From Octopus vulgaris (taxonomy: Eukaryota): a stretch of DNA of 64,000 nt. The notes under the pieces were generated by a model, which saw only the letters and a list, made by a program, of their open reading frames with translations, did not search any database and was not told where the DNA came from. Below, piece by piece: positions 27,989 through 41,972 of the stretch (positions within the stretch are counted from its first letter, which is position 1; every line of letters begins with the position of its first letter). The translations under genes were made by a program, and so were the position numbers. Location of the stretch: the NCBI GenBank assembly GCA_951406725.2, contig OX597828.1, positions 19,654,001 to 19,718,000 of the forward strand, written 5' to 3'.

Positions 27989-28020
27989 TGTATAGTATTT
28001 ATACTCAGAGAGGCGACCCT
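27890..28020. repeat. Perfect inverted repeat centred on (TA)n
   Basis: 'gggtcgcctctctgagtataaatactatacactta' and its exact reverse complement flank the TA run. Confidence 0.85.
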
Positions 28021-28159
28021 TTACATATATATATGTAACGAGAAACTCAGAGTAACAGATTTTGTTGAATTTTCTGCTGCTTAAAATAAAGCATATTACT
28101 CTACCACTGGTATTTGAGTACTCTTTTTCCACCTTGTTTCACATTTATGTGTTTACTCC

Positions 28160-28218
<59 letters not shown>

Positions 28219-28941
28219 TGCATGTAAGTATGAATGTGTGTATGTGTATATGTTGTATATGTGTGTGTATATTTATATATAATACATATATATACACCCG
28301 CGCGCACACACACACACATATACATATATGTTATCGCTTTGTATTATTTGTTATAGATGTTATTCGGGTTGAAGGATGTTTGGTTCGAGATATTGTGGAA
28401 CAGAAGAGATTACAATATGTTAAAAAGTCATTCATCAGTTTAACAATTTTGCTACTGTTTACGGATGTTATTCTCAAACTAAAGCACCTACTTATAGTTC
28501 AAATGGACAGGGCCAGAAAGACGTTATATATCTTGGCCACGGAAACAATACATCGATGGTCACAAGACAGTAGCCATGAAATATTCTGAATAGCATATAT
28601 TTACATCAAGATGACTGCGTCAAATGAATGTAACTTCTTGTTAGTTCATTATATCCATTTATTGATACCTGTTTACAGTTAAATAGAATGTGTTGTTGAA
28701 AGCCTATCTGTCTTGGCTGTGGATTCTGCATAACAGTAGAGCGAGAACGCATGCTCGACTGGTCATGTGAAATTTGTTAAGAATTGCGGAAACCTACGAA
28801 CAGACGAGAAAAACATACGTACACACAGACATACACAGAAACACGCACATACAAACACAAATATATATGTGAACGTATGTATGTATGCATGTACATATAT
28901 ATATATATATATACATACATATATATATATATATATGCATG

Positions 28942-29002
<61 letters not shown>

Positions 29003-29192
29003 TATATGTATATAGTGTGTTTGTATATTCATCTATATGTATATGTACATATGTATATATATATATATACGTGTATATACACGCACGTATATATATGTAT
29101 ATATATATATATATATATATGCATATATATGTATATATATGCATATGTATATACAAGTGAATGTATTTGTGTATACACACACATATATATAT

Positions 29193-29227
<35 letters not shown>

Positions 29228-30282
29228 GAGGGAGAGAGAAAGATAGAGAGATAATGACTGAATTAAAAACACAGTTGATAAAGAAAAAATACAGCAAACA
29301 GTACAAACAAACCTTAAAAATACGAAAAAAAAAAGAAAGAAAACAACATAAGAAAATCGAACTGTAATTGAATAAAACATGGGGTACACACGTAGATTAA
29401 ATGAGAATATCTCAAAGAATAACTAAAACGATGAAGGAAAAAAAACTACCATTCAAAGGAAACTAGGTAAAGAGAAACGAGAAAAAGAAAAAAAAATCGA
29501 GTAAAAAAAAAATGGCTGCTGAGAAAAAGAACGCAGGATAACAAAATGGTGGATTGATCTACTTACCTTTTTTGAAGTTGTCATTAAATCCAGCGTATAT
29601 GACAGGGTTGATGGCGCTATTTGCATAGGCAATGAATAAGGATATGTAATAGAAATTATCAAACCATGGCTCAAGCTTTTCGTGATAGTGGTTGATGATT
29701 GGTTGATGGTTAGTTGGTTCGATGGTTGGTAATGGTCGGTTGGTTGGTTGGTTGGTTGGTTGGATTTGTGGTGAATATTGTTGTTGTTGGTGGTGACAGA
29801 GGCAATGAAATCAGAAAGTAAAACAAACAAATACATATGAACACTGAAAACATCGAGTGTCTGAGAGTGTATTATATAGATGTACATACATACATATATT
29901 CATATATATATATATATATAAACACATAAACATATCTATCTATATCTCTCTGTCTATCTACATGCATGTATGCTTGTATAGATGCATACATACATACCTA
30001 CATACTTATATATATATGTATATATATATATATATAAACACATAATATACATAGATATACATACATGTATATATATATGTATGTATTTATATATTTACGT
30101 ATATATATTTATATATTTATATATTTTCGTATATATATATATATGCATACACACACATACACATCCACATACACACGTGCACACACACGCACACACACAC
30201 ATGTATACATATACGCAAACAGTATACATATAACTCGAAAAATAAAACAGAACATGAAAAAGAAAAGCATTAACTTCTAGTT

Positions 30283-30449
30283 CAGTGGTTCCCAACCTTT
30301 TTCACTACCACGGACCCCTTTTATTTCAAAGAGCTCTCCCACGGAGCCCAGGATATTGAAAGGTCTGTTCATGCCAACACCCACCTACCCACCCAGTACT
30401 ATCTTTCCGGGCCACGTGTTGTCCGCGGACCACACGTAGGGAACACGCA
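30283..30449. mobile_element. hAT (Charlie/MER-type) MITE remnant
   Basis: Left TIR 'cagtggttcccaacc', decayed right end 'ggaccacacgtagggaacac', and 'cggaccc' subterminal motifs. Confidence 0.6.
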
Positions 30450-30609
30450 CATACACACACATGCAAAAGTATGTTTGTGAGTAAGTATATACGTGTATTT
30501 GTATTTATTTATGACCGTTGTTCTTGTAATGCATCCTCTTTTTTCATGTCTGATGAAGAAAAATCGATGTCCAACCCTGAAACGAAGCTCTTTCATTACA
30601 ATTTTAATG

Positions 30610-31470
30610 TTTGTATGTATGTATTTTGTATGCATGTATGTATGTATGTATGTATGTATGTATGTATGTATGTATGTATATGTATGTATGTATGTATATG
30701 TATGTATGTATGTTTGTCTCTATATATGTATGCATGTATGTATGTATGTAGTATGTATGTATGTATGTATGCATGTATGTATGTATGTCTCTATATATGT
30801 ATGCATGTATATATGTATATGTGCATGTATGTATATGTATGTATGTATGTATGTTTGTCTCTATATATGTATGCATGTATGTATGTATGTAGTATGTATG
30901 TATGTATGTATGTATGTATGTATGTATGTCTCTATATATGTATGCATGTATGTATGTATATGTGCATGTATGTATATGTATGTATGTATGTAGTATGTAT
31001 GTATGTATGTATGTATGTATGTATGTATAGGTGTATGTTGTATGTGTGTATGTATGTGTATTTATGTATGTCTGTGTGTATGCATGTTTGTGTGTATGTA
31101 TGTATATATATGTATGTGAGTATAAGTATGTGTGTATATATATGAGTATGTATGCGTATATGTTTATGTGTGTATGTATATGCATGTATATGCATGTATG
31201 TGTGTGTAGGTATATGTGTGTATGTATATGTGCATATCTATGTATGTGTACGTATGTATAGCTGTGTGTGTATGTATGTGAGTGTGTATGTCTGTATGTA
31301 TATGTATGTATATATATGTGTGTATGTATGGTCTGTGTTTGTATACAAATATATATATGTATGTGTGTGTGTATGTATTTATGTACGTAGAAATATATCA
31401 TATGTACGTGCGTATCTTTGTATTTATTTACGTTATGAAGTATGTATGAGAATGTATGTGTGAGTGTATG

Positions 31471-31536
<66 letters not shown>

Positions 31537-31605
31537 TTTGTATGTACGTATGTATGTATGTATGTATTGTATGTATGTATGTATGTATGTATGTATGTAT
31601 GTATT
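30610..31605. repeat. (TATG)n microsatellite with a ~140-bp higher-order duplication
   Basis: The variant pattern 'tgtttgtctctatatatgtatgcatg...gtagtatg' occurs twice (~30710 and ~30852). Confidence 0.85.
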
Positions 31606-31828
31606 TGTCTTCATCGACATTCGTATTTGAAGATCTACTGTCTCTTCCTGGTTGAGTATTTTTTATGTTTGTTCTTGACCGCATTTTTGTGCCTTAAGGC
31701 AAGCCGATACGTCTACTTACAGAGAACAATTAGAAGACATGAAATAACGACTAGGAATGCAAGCACACGCACACACACAAACATATATGTGTGTATGTAT
31801 GTGTGTGTATACAGAGAGAGAGAGAGAC

Positions 31829-31873
<45 letters not shown>

Positions 31874-32130
31874 GAAAGAGAAGCAAAGACAGCGAAAAGA
31901 GAAGGACAGAGAAGGGGAAAGAATGAATGTGGAAGAGAAAAGGACTTTCTCTTGACTCCTCAATTTGTCTTTTAATAGACAAAACTTCATATCTGCAACA
32001 GTCTCATTTATGCGCATTACTTTCGAACCCAGGAGAGGGTTTCCTAGTAATTGCTCCAATTTGCTAGAAATAGCTGGCAATGGCATACAAATCTCACTCG
32101 AGTATCTAAAAAAAGAAATAAAAATTAAAT

Positions 32131-32603
32131 AGGCGCAGGAGCGGCTGTGTGGTAAGTAGCTTGCTTACCAGCTACATGGTTCCGGGTTCAGTCCCACTGC
32201 GTGAAATCTTGGGTAAGTGTCTTCTACTATAGCCTCGGGCCGACCAAAGCCTTGTGAGTGGATTTGGTAGACGGAAACTGAAAGAAGCCCGTCGTATATA
32301 TGTATATGTATATTTATATGTATGTATATATATATATATATATAATAGTGTAATAAATAAAATATATGCATACATACATATATGTACGTACCTACATCTA
32401 CATATATATATACATGCATATATAAATACATATACGTGAGTACAGGACATCACAAATAGATGTAGAACTCAACGAGAAACGAAAACGTAAAAACAAACGT
32501 GGAAACGGACCTAAACGAAAAAAACAGAGTACAAGACAAACTACACACGGAAAAATCCCCTTCATCAGCTGTCCCTAGTTCAACTCCAGCGTGTTTCGAA
32601 GGT

Positions 32604-32645
<42 letters not shown>

Positions 32646-32835
32646 TATGTCTGTGTTTGTCGTCGCTTGACAACCGATGCTGGTGTGTTTACGTCCCCGT
32701 AACTTAACGGTTCGGCAAAAGAGACCGATAGAATAAGTACTAGGCTTACAAAGAATAAGTCCTGGGGTCGACTTGCTCGACCAAACAGGCAGTGTTCCAG
32801 CATGGTCGCAGCCAAATGACTGAAACAAGTAAAAG
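32131..32835 (+). mobile_element. SINE family M with a ~165-bp foreign insert (32436-32602) inside its microsatellite
   Basis: Head at 32131-32295 and 3' half at ~32650-32835. Confidence 0.9.
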
Positions 32836-33174
32836 AGGAAAGAGTTAGTGGCTTCAAAAGAATATACATTCTTAGAGTAAATCTGTCACGAACCCATCTG
32901 TTTGGCCCAGGGTTTATCTGATTATTCAAGATGTTGAGGATGCCTGTACAAGAATTAAGCCGCACCCCAATAAAAAAAATGCGGGACGCCTGTCCTAGCG
33001 CAACTTATTGACCAGGACAGGATTTGAAAGCAATTCCTAAAGGTCGTGTGTCAAGCACGCCTACCACTCGGTCATGCACCATGAAAGTCTTAGACGGGTC
33101 ATTAAAAAGTAAATAAACAAAACAAATACAAATGTGATTGCCATGGTTGGATCAGTGGCTAAACAACAGCAACA

Positions 33175-33177
33175 CTA

Positions 33178-33226
<49 letters not shown>

Positions 33227-33283
33227 GTGTTGATGCTCCTGCTACTACTACTACCACTACCACTACTACTACAGGTGTTGATG

Positions 33284-33334
<51 letters not shown>

Positions 33335-33341
33335 GTGTTGA

Positions 33342-33394
<53 letters not shown>

Positions 33395-33545
33395 TTCGTG
33401 TTGATGCTGCTGCTGTTGCTGCTACTATTGTTCATGCTACTACTTCTACTATTACTAATACCGCCATCACCAATAACAGCGATGATTTCGAGGGTGATGA
33501 TGATGATGATGATGATGGTGTGGTGGTGTTGGTGGGAGTGATGAT
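33175..33545. repeat. (TAC)n tract punctuated by 'gtgttgat', followed by (GAT)n
   Basis: Direct reading. Confidence 0.9.
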
Positions 33546-34569
33546 ACTAAAGCTAAATCCTACAAAGGATTAGACTCTGCTTTTCTTCTGACTCTGCCAA
33601 TCTGGTCGACTCTCGTCCATCTGACTCATATCAGATTCCAACGACTTAAAGTCAATGTTAGAAAAACACGTGATCTTATAACTGCAAAGAAAGTGAAAAA
33701 GAGAGGGAGAAAGAGAGGGCGAGAACCAGAGAAAGATAGATAGATAGACAGATAGATAGCTACAGAGGAAGACAGAGAGAGGAGAAGGCTGAGAGAGTGA
33801 CAACGAGAGAGTGTGAGTGAGAGAGAGAGAGAGAAAAAAACGAAAGAGTCAAAGAGTGAATGGTAAAGGGGACATTCTGGAAAGTCTGTGGAGGAGAACT
33901 ACACAGGCAAGTGAAAAAGAGAGGGGTCGTATTATAGAAGGCAGGGGGACAAATACAAAAGAGTGAAAGATGGAAAGCCTGAACTCTGTAAGTTATGGTG
34001 GGGGCATACATTGGAGGACGAAAGATAAGGGGGGGTCATATTTTGGAGGGCGGAGGGAGAAATATACTGGAGGCAGTAACAACGAACGGCGAGGTGTGTT
34101 TCATGTTACAGAGATATATTCTAAGTCTTCGAATATATGGTTCTCAGACTTATGGTTCTCGAATATATGGTTCTCAGGCCACATTCCTAGCGCTACCACC
34201 CCAACTAACCATCACAAACATAGACCCTATTCTGAAGCAAATTCAAAGCAACTGTTTTTCATAAATAAAACATTATCTAATGAACCCATTATTTTGTGGT
34301 TTTTACACGAATCGCTACCCGTTGATCGTCCCACTTTTCCTCAACGGCTACTTGGAACTTTCCACCGGGCTTGTGGGGTGGGCAATACTACCCACTTTGG
34401 GAACCACTCGATCTTCAAAGTTATGCGCTTATTTAATGAAGAGAAATAACAGATTCGGTGGAGTAGTGAATGTATGTGTGTTGAGAGAGAGAAAGAGAGG
34501 GGGAAGAAAGAGAGAAGGGGAAACTGATGTACAGTTTATAGATTTATTAGTAAACAGGATGAATGTATA

Positions 34570-34620
<51 letters not shown>

Positions 34621-34781
34621 TTATATATATTATATATGCACATATATTTAATATATATTATACAGATATATATATATATATGCATATATATATACATATA
34701 TATATCTATCTATCTACTAATATCTATCGATGGATAGATATTAATATACAGGCACACATACACACGCGCGCACACACACAT

Positions 34782-34830
<49 letters not shown>

Positions 34831-34950
34831 GCACATATATTTAATATATATTATACAGATATATATATATATATATATACATACGTATATATATATATGT
34901 AGATATGTACATACATATCTATCTATTTATGTATCTACCTATACATCTGC

Positions 34951-34984
<34 letters not shown>

Positions 34985-35265
34985 GTACACATACACACAC
35001 ATGTATGCACGCACGCCCATATATGCATGCAAATATTGGAAGACTCTACGAAATCCGTTCGTAATTCCTGTCACGAACTCAGTGGCATTAGCTTTCAACA
35101 TAATGCACCTTGTCTGGGACTAATTTTTCACAGTTTGGTCACACTTGCAAATACACACACCACACACAGAAGCGCAAGTTCATGTGCGCATATGAGGACA
35201 CATGGGCAGGAACATACTCATATACACACAAACACACACACGTATATAACAGACCTATGTACAGA

Positions 35266-35309
<44 letters not shown>

Positions 35310-35856
35310 GTGTGATATATATATATGTGATACACAAAGCCATAGACACACACACATGAGACTAATGAATTCTTGACAGTTGATGATGGCATACAATTAT
35401 AAGATATTCCAGACTGGCCGTCGTTATGCGGCAAGAGTTAAAACGCTTGCATTCTAACGTGTCAATGATGAAAAATCTACTCAGCCATATAACATACTAG
35501 AAATAGATGCTAACACCTCTTCGCAACACACGTAGCAAAAATTTGAGGCAAATAGCCAAAGATACGCCTCTTTCCCTATTTCTATACGCGTAATTCTTTC
35601 AAATTTTTAAATACAAGGACAGCAATTTCTTGAGCAGAGGAGAGTCTCATTTCCTTATGTGTTTTTGCAGCTATAGGTGGCTTAACTGCTATTTCTAGCC
35701 ATATATATGTGCTTATAGTACATATAGTCACAAATATTGACGACTAAATTTTACCTATAGAGTTTACACCCTGCCCAGCTGCCCGCGTTAATTTTACAGT
35801 ATACAATTTGGCAATTCGCTAAATTAGCCATGAGTATACATACATACATACATACA

Positions 35857-35888
<32 letters not shown>

Positions 35889-35903
35889 CACATACATACA
35901 TAC

Positions 35904-35964
<61 letters not shown>

Positions 35965-36109
35965 TTGCAAGGATGATCCGGTCTTGACTGAAGATTAGAG
36001 GCTTCAAATGACCCGTCCGTTTTTTGTGTCGTCTATTTAAATGTTTTGCGTTCTTGTCCCATTTTGTATTCTTATATATATTTTTTATACATATACATAT
36101 ATATATATG

Positions 36110-36191
<82 letters not shown>

Positions 36192-36460
36192 CACTGACAT
36201 TATTAGCTGTTGCATAGAAGCAATGGAGGAACAATATTGAGAATTCCCATTAGGATGAAACTGTGAAGACAAGTGTTCTATCTTTGTTAGGCTGTAGGGG
36301 CAGTTATCTACTCCGAGAGAATAATTATATGCTTGATTTTACGCCGCTATATGTGATTTAACTCTTATTTCTAGTAATAAATTTGCTTGTAAGACATACA
36401 ATCGCAGTTAGTGACGACCTAATTTTGCCTATACTGTTCATATTACGCCCAGCTGCCCAC

Positions 36461-36544
<84 letters not shown>

Positions 36545-36548
36545 TATA

Positions 36549-36597
<49 letters not shown>

Positions 36598-36600
<3 letters not shown>

Positions 36601-36770
36601 GGAGAGGAAAAATTATAATAAGGCAGAATGCTAAATTGAAAGTAAATTTTAATAAAAATGGGTGTATGGAAAATTAAAAAAAGAAAAAAATAATAAAAAA
36701 GAAAAAATAACACCCATTTTTATTAAAATTTACTTTCAATTTATCGTTATTATAAGTTTTCTTCTCCTAT
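36598..36770. repeat. Fold-back element between TA tracts
   Basis: 'taaattgaaagtaaattttaataaaaatgggtgt' and its reverse complement lie ~45 nt apart. Also present at ~43567-43740. Confidence 0.8.
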
Positions 36771-36835
36771 CATTTCTCCACGTGCGGTCAACACAACCCC
36801 ACCATTTACTGATTTATATATATATATATATATAT

Positions 36836-37087
36836 ACAATTGCAGCGTGGAAGGTGTTTATAAGCCATTTAAGAAACACACAAAAGCCGTTCGATTCACT
36901 TCAACATTTAAGTTTAATTTGTCAAAATATTTTCGTCGCTAAAATCTGCGACCTGTTCACTGACAAAAATCCGTGCTGCATCTTTGAGTGTTTCTTAAAT
37001 GGCTTATAAACACCTTCCACGCTGCAATTGTTTTCGTTTCAGCACACGATCTCAGATCAAATTACTTGCTATGCGAGTACATCTCCG

Positions 37088-37090
<3 letters not shown>
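36836..37090. mobile_element. Penelope-like terminal-repeat remnant in inverted configuration
   Basis: Perfect 44-bp inverted repeat (36836-36879/36988-37031) enclosing a hammerhead motif, flanked by (TA)n on both sides. Confidence 0.6.
36919..36966 (-). ncRNA. Minimal type-I hammerhead ribozyme motif, G3-C8 variant
   Basis: rc = UUGUCA-GUGAACA-G-GUCGC-agauuuua-GCGAC-GAAA-auau-U-U-UGACAA. Stem I is 6 bp, stem II 5 bp, and stem III is the palindrome AAUAUU. Confidence 0.72.
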
Positions 37091-37127
<37 letters not shown>

Positions 37128-37159
37128 AATATAATACGTGACAATTATTCGGTTGCCAT

Positions 37160-37220
37160 GATAAAACTCCGAGTTTCGGATGTCAGGGCGGAAACCTGCA
37201 CCGGCATCTCTTCAGTTATC
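37160..37220 (-). ncRNA. Type-I hammerhead ribozyme motif (GUU site)
   Basis: rc = GAUAA-CUGAAGA-GAUG..CAGG-uuuccgc-CCUG.CAUC-C-GAAA-CU-cgg-AG-U-U-UUAUC. Stem I can be extended by UUGUC/GGCAA. Confidence 0.78.
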
Positions 37221-37264
37221 GAGACAATTAAAATATGCTATGAAAAAGACAAAAGAGCTATTAG

Positions 37265-38218
37265 AATGACCGTTAACTAAGGGAAAAAACCAAAGGTAAA
37301 CAGCTTCCATTAAATTAGAGACCGACGCTACCATTAAGGAGTTTGATCCACAAGAAAGTTATAAATACCTGAGGATAAACGAAGGAGATGGTGTACAGCA
37401 TGCTACTATAAAGGACAAAATAAGAAAGGAGTATTACAGGGGAATTCTAAAATCTGGATACTAAAATCTGAACTCAGCTCGAAAAATTGCATCGAAGCTA
37501 TCAACACCCTGGCGCTTCCAGTAGTCCAGTATAGTTTTAGCATTATTAACTCAAATCTTACAGAGCGTCTACGCCTGGACAAGAAGACAAGAAAACTAAT
37601 AACATCTAAGAACATGCACCACCCAAAAGCAGACGTTAATCGTCTGTACCTACCTAGAGTTAATGGGGGAAGAGGAATGATGCAAATACAACAGTGCTGT
37701 AAGACAACCACAATAGCAATAAATAAGTGCTTATCTAGTACAGAAGACTGGATGCTGCGGCCTGTGTGCAAACACGAAAGCAGCATCAAGTCACATTCTG
37801 TTGTCAAGGAAGCTTACAAATTTGTAATGGAACTTGGCATTGACCCTGAATAAGATGAAGAAGCTAAAACCACTGTCACAGAAAAAAAAAAGCAAAACGA
37901 ATTTAGCAGATTGCAAAAAAGAACGGGTAGAAACAAATTGAGGAGCGGTGGAGCCAGAAGCCTCTGCATGGACAGTATATACTTCGAAGTCGAAATGTGA
38001 ATGTAGATAAAGCAACAACTCATCAGTGTCTGAGAAGTGCTGGACTGAAAGCAGAGACTGAAGGTTTCATATTGGCGGCACCAGATCAAAGCTTGCTTAC
38101 AAAAATACTACCAGGCTAATGTTCTCCAAAACGGTTCTGACCCTAAATGCAGATTCTGCGACGCATTTGACGAAACAAAAGTCCTCGGAATATCCTGTGC
38201 TGACACCGAACAAATACG
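37265..38218 (+). pseudogene. Decayed RT/thumb/zinc-knuckle fragment of an R4/Dong-like (RLE-type) non-LTR element
   Basis: 'YKYLRI', 'HHPKADVNRLYLPRVNGGRGM', 'LKAETEGFILAAPDQSL' and 'DPKCRFC'. Stops and frameshifts are present. Confidence 0.85.
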
Positions 38219-38219
38219 A

Positions 38220-38275
<56 letters not shown>

Positions 38276-38318
38276 TTGTACAGTGTTTCTGTCAGTTTCT
38301 TTTTACGAAGGCTTGCAG

Positions 38319-38366
38319 CTTGGCTGAAGACCCTGTGTAGCCACTGGAGAAACTCAGAGTTGCAAG
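38319..38366 (+). ncRNA. Degenerate type-I hammerhead ribozyme motif
   Basis: CUUGG-CUGAAGA-cCCuGUG-uagc-CACUGGa-GAAA-CU-cag-AG-U-U-gCAAG, with an outer stem gucaguuuc/gagacugac. Mismatches sit at the bases of stems I and II. Confidence 0.62.
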
Positions 38367-38529
38367 AGACTGACTGGACGAAAATAAAAATGTTATTAAC
38401 CTTTGCTATGTTACCGAGTACTCATTTTTACGACAGTCAACTCTAAACGCATGTATGTATGTATGTATGTATGTATGTATGTATGTGTATGTATGTATGT
38501 ATGTATGTATGTATGTATGTATGTATATG

Positions 38530-39450
38530 TCTCACACTCTTAAAAGTTTTCTTATAGTTCTGCTAGGAAGAATAGAAAATATGATAAATACTGTAGTCAA
38601 TGAAGAGCGATATGGATTGAGGGACAAAAAGTCACGAGATGCCATATTTTGATTCATCACTGTAACACTAAAGTAAGTACCGATACAGAAAGACCTGTTT
38701 GCTTGGTTCATAAATTATGCCAAGGTATTTGACAGCATACACAAATGAGCCCGTCACCTCAATAAAGAAAAATTCGGCTTAAATGGGAAGGATATCAGAA
38801 TTATCTGTGTGCAATACTGGAATCAAACGACAACCCTAGAAATAGATCAAGAATTGTTAGAACCAGCAGAAATCAGAAGAGGTGTAAGACTGTGATGTGT
38901 GTTCACACCATACCTATTTAATATCTACAATGTGTATGTTTTCAAAGACTCAAATGAGATCAAGGAATCACAATGGACGACATGAACATAAACAGTGTAA
39001 GAGAATCTGATGATATAAGAGAGGCTGATGATTGGAAGAAAGCAATGAGATGTTACAAGAAATTATTGATGTTGGAACAGAGATAAGTGCTAAGAACGGA
39101 CTTAATATGAAGGTAAAAAAGATAAAGAAAACAAACAATGGTTATTAGAAAGAGAGAACAAAAGAAAGCAAACATAGAATTAGATGGACAAAAAGGGTGA
39201 ACAAGTAAAACTTGTAAGTATTTAGAATTAATAAATCAGAATGGTCACTGCGTAGAAGTCACTCGAAGAATAAATAAGGCTAAAACAATATTTATAAGAT
39301 TGAAAAAAATCTTCACCTGAATGTCAAGAAGAATGCAACAACAATTAAGGTTAGTAAACTGTTATAGTGTGCCAATTTTCTATGATACTCAAAAACTTGA
39401 ACATTGTACAAAGCTATGAAATGGACTGGAGAAAATAGCTAGGCTGATTG
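38530..39450 (+). pseudogene. Decayed RTE-like LINE reverse transcriptase fragment
   Basis: 'EERYGLR...SRDAIF', 'FINYAKVFDS', 'YWNQTT', 'IRRGVRL*CVFTPYLFNIY' and ADD-like remnants. Confidence 0.8.
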
Positions 39451-39630
39451 TATGTATAAAGCACAAAGGTAGAAATAATTCTTAGATATGTTATTATAAA
39501 TACCATATATATATAATCAAAAAATAAGGGTGGAAAGTTGGATATTAATTTAATAATACCATCAAATTAACACCAAGTGGCTTAGCGCATAAAAAACCAG
39601 GGATACAATAAAAATTTATATACACATATA

Positions 39631-39749
39631 TAAGAGAGTGACCACTATATGGTCGACTTTAGCGCTAAAAATAGATCCGCTATGGTATTAGCCACTAAAA
39701 AATTAGTGGCTAATACCTTAGCGGATCTATTTTAGTGGTTACTCTCTTA
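39631..39749. repeat. Fold-back palindrome at the end of a TA-embedded insert (39520-39750)
   Basis: 'aaatagatccgcta.ggtattagccactaa' and its reverse complement around a 4-nt loop, with outer arms 'taagagagtgaccacta'/'tagtggttactctctta'. Confidence 0.9.
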
Positions 39750-39753
39750 TATA

Positions 39754-39829
<76 letters not shown>

Positions 39830-39875
39830 CTATCAATTGAAAAAATATAAAGTTACATATGAAAATAGGCTTATA

Positions 39876-40066
39876 AAACGATGGTGGGGGACCAACACAG
39901 ACACGACGGGCTTCTTTCAGTTTCCGTCTACAAAATCCACTCACAAGGCTTTGGTGGGCCCGAGGCTATAATAGAAGACACTTCCCCAAGGTGTCACGCA
40001 GCGGGTCTGAACCTGAACCTCGTCGTTCGTAAGCAAGCTACTTACCACACAGCCACTCCTGCACCT
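39876..40066 (-). mobile_element. SINE family M, head and body only (duplicate at 46956-47145)
   Basis: Homology to the family M head. The internal microsatellite is nearly absent. Confidence 0.85.
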
Positions 40067-40105
40067 ATACGTATATATACATATATAAATACACATATAT
40101 GTATA

Positions 40106-40163
<58 letters not shown>

Positions 40164-40218
40164 TATACATATACATACACACACACACACATATATATAT
40201 ATATATGTATATACATAC

Positions 40219-40278
<60 letters not shown>

Positions 40279-40299
40279 AATATATGTATATATATACAT

Positions 40300-40349
<50 letters not shown>

Positions 40350-40494
40350 TTATATATATATAAGTTCTGCAAAATTTAGATTCAGATGAATATGGTACTT
40401 AAGTTAAAGGCACCAGAATTTGTTATGGTATTATCCATAAAAATCAAATGGGGGTGATTATAATCAAAATAAGCAACAAGTATATCTAAGGTAG

Positions 40495-40582
40495 TGTAGT
40501 ACAATCGTTTCATGCTACTTCATTTTATGAAACAATGTAAGTATTACATCAGTTTTAAAATGTAGAGCAATCTTCAGCCACA
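40495..40582 (-). ncRNA. Type-I hammerhead ribozyme motif with long stem II (GUA site)
   Basis: rc = UGUGG-CUGAAGA-uUGCU..CAUUUUA-AAAC.GAUGUAA-uac-UUACAUU-GUUU..UAAAAUG..AGCAu-GAAA-C-gauu-G-U-A-CUACA. Confidence 0.78.
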
Positions 40583-40733
40583 TATACAATTTTTTTAATT
40601 AAATGGACAATGTACATTTTTATACTTATTTCATTTGCCAATTTTAGAAAGAGGGTAGTTATATAGACAGAGATGTTAATTTCATCATTAAGAACATGAT
40701 AGTAGAAGGTCCTTCTCCATCTGTAGATATTAA

Positions 40734-40833
40734 NNNNNNNNNNNNNNNNNNNNNNNNNNNNNNNNNNNNNNNNNNNNNNNNNNNNNNNNNNNNNNNNNNN
40801 NNNNNNNNNNNNNNNNNNNNNNNNNNNNNNNNN
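40734..40833. other. Assembly gap (100 N)
   Basis: Run of N. Confidence 1.
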
Positions 40834-41549
40834 AGTGAATGGTAAAGGGGACATTCTGGAAAGTCTGTGGAGGAGAACTACACAGGCAAGTGAAAAAAGA
40901 GAGGGGTCGTATTATAGAAGGCAGGGGGACAAATACAAAAGAGTGAAAGATGGAAAGCCTGAACTCTGTAAGTTATGGTGGGGGCATACATTGGAGGACG
41001 AAAGATAAGGGGGGGTCATATTTTGGAGGGCGGAGGGAGAAATATACTGGAGGCAGTAACAACGAACGGCGAGGTGTGTTTCATGTTACAGAGATATATT
41101 CTAAGTCTTCGAATATATGGTTCTCAGACTTATGGTTCTCGAATATATGGTTCTCAGGCCACATTCCTAGCGCTACCACCCCAACTAACCATCACAAACA
41201 TAGACCCTATTCTGAAGCAAATTCAAAGCAACTGTTTTTCATAAATAAAACATTATCTAATGAACCCATTATTTTGTGGTTTTTACACGAATCGCTACCC
41301 GTTGATCGTCCCACTTTTCCTCAACGGCTACTTGGAACTTTCCACCGGGCTTGTGGGGTGGGCAATACTACCCACTTTGGGAACCACTCGATCTTCAAAG
41401 TTATGCGCTTATTTAATGAAGAGAAATAACAGATTCGGTGGAGTAGTGAATGTATGTGTGTTGAGAGAGAGAAAGAGAGGGGGAAGAAAGAGAGAAGGGG
41501 AAACTGATGTACAGTTTATAGATTTATTAGTAAACAGGATGAATGTATA

Positions 41550-41604
<55 letters not shown>

Positions 41605-41765
41605 TTATATATATTATATATGCACATATATTTAATATATATTATACAGATATATATATATATATGCATATATATATACATATATATATCTATCTATCTA
41701 CTAATATCTATCGATGGATAGATATTAATATACAGGCACACATACACACGCGCGCACACACACAT

Positions 41766-41818
<53 letters not shown>

Positions 41819-41938
41819 GCACATATATTTAATATATATTATACAGATATATATATATATATATATACATACGTATATATATATATGTAGATATGTACAT
41901 ACATATCTATCTATTTATGTATCTACCTATACATCTGC

Positions 41939-41972
<34 letters not shown>

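Larger units (their letters stand above)
33855..40733 (+). repeat. Copy 1 of a ~6.9-kb near-identical direct duplication
   Basis: Matches 40834-47819 and ends exactly at the N gap. Confidence 0.97.

Noticed and set aside
30546-30590. CUGAUGA-AG...CU-GAAA hammerhead-like string
   Set aside because: Stem I and the UH site are not recoverable. At best a decayed remnant.
32556-32602. GAAA...CUGAUGA on the minus strand (also 15177-15215) as a type-II hammerhead
   Set aside because: Stem I cannot be formed and no downstream GAAA closes a type-I fold. Kept only as a stub.
33970-34449. 159-aa non-repetitive ORF (duplicated at 40950)
   Set aside because: No recognisable domain, it includes a 15-bp tandem repeat and a hAT-like end, and the second copy is only the assembly duplicate.
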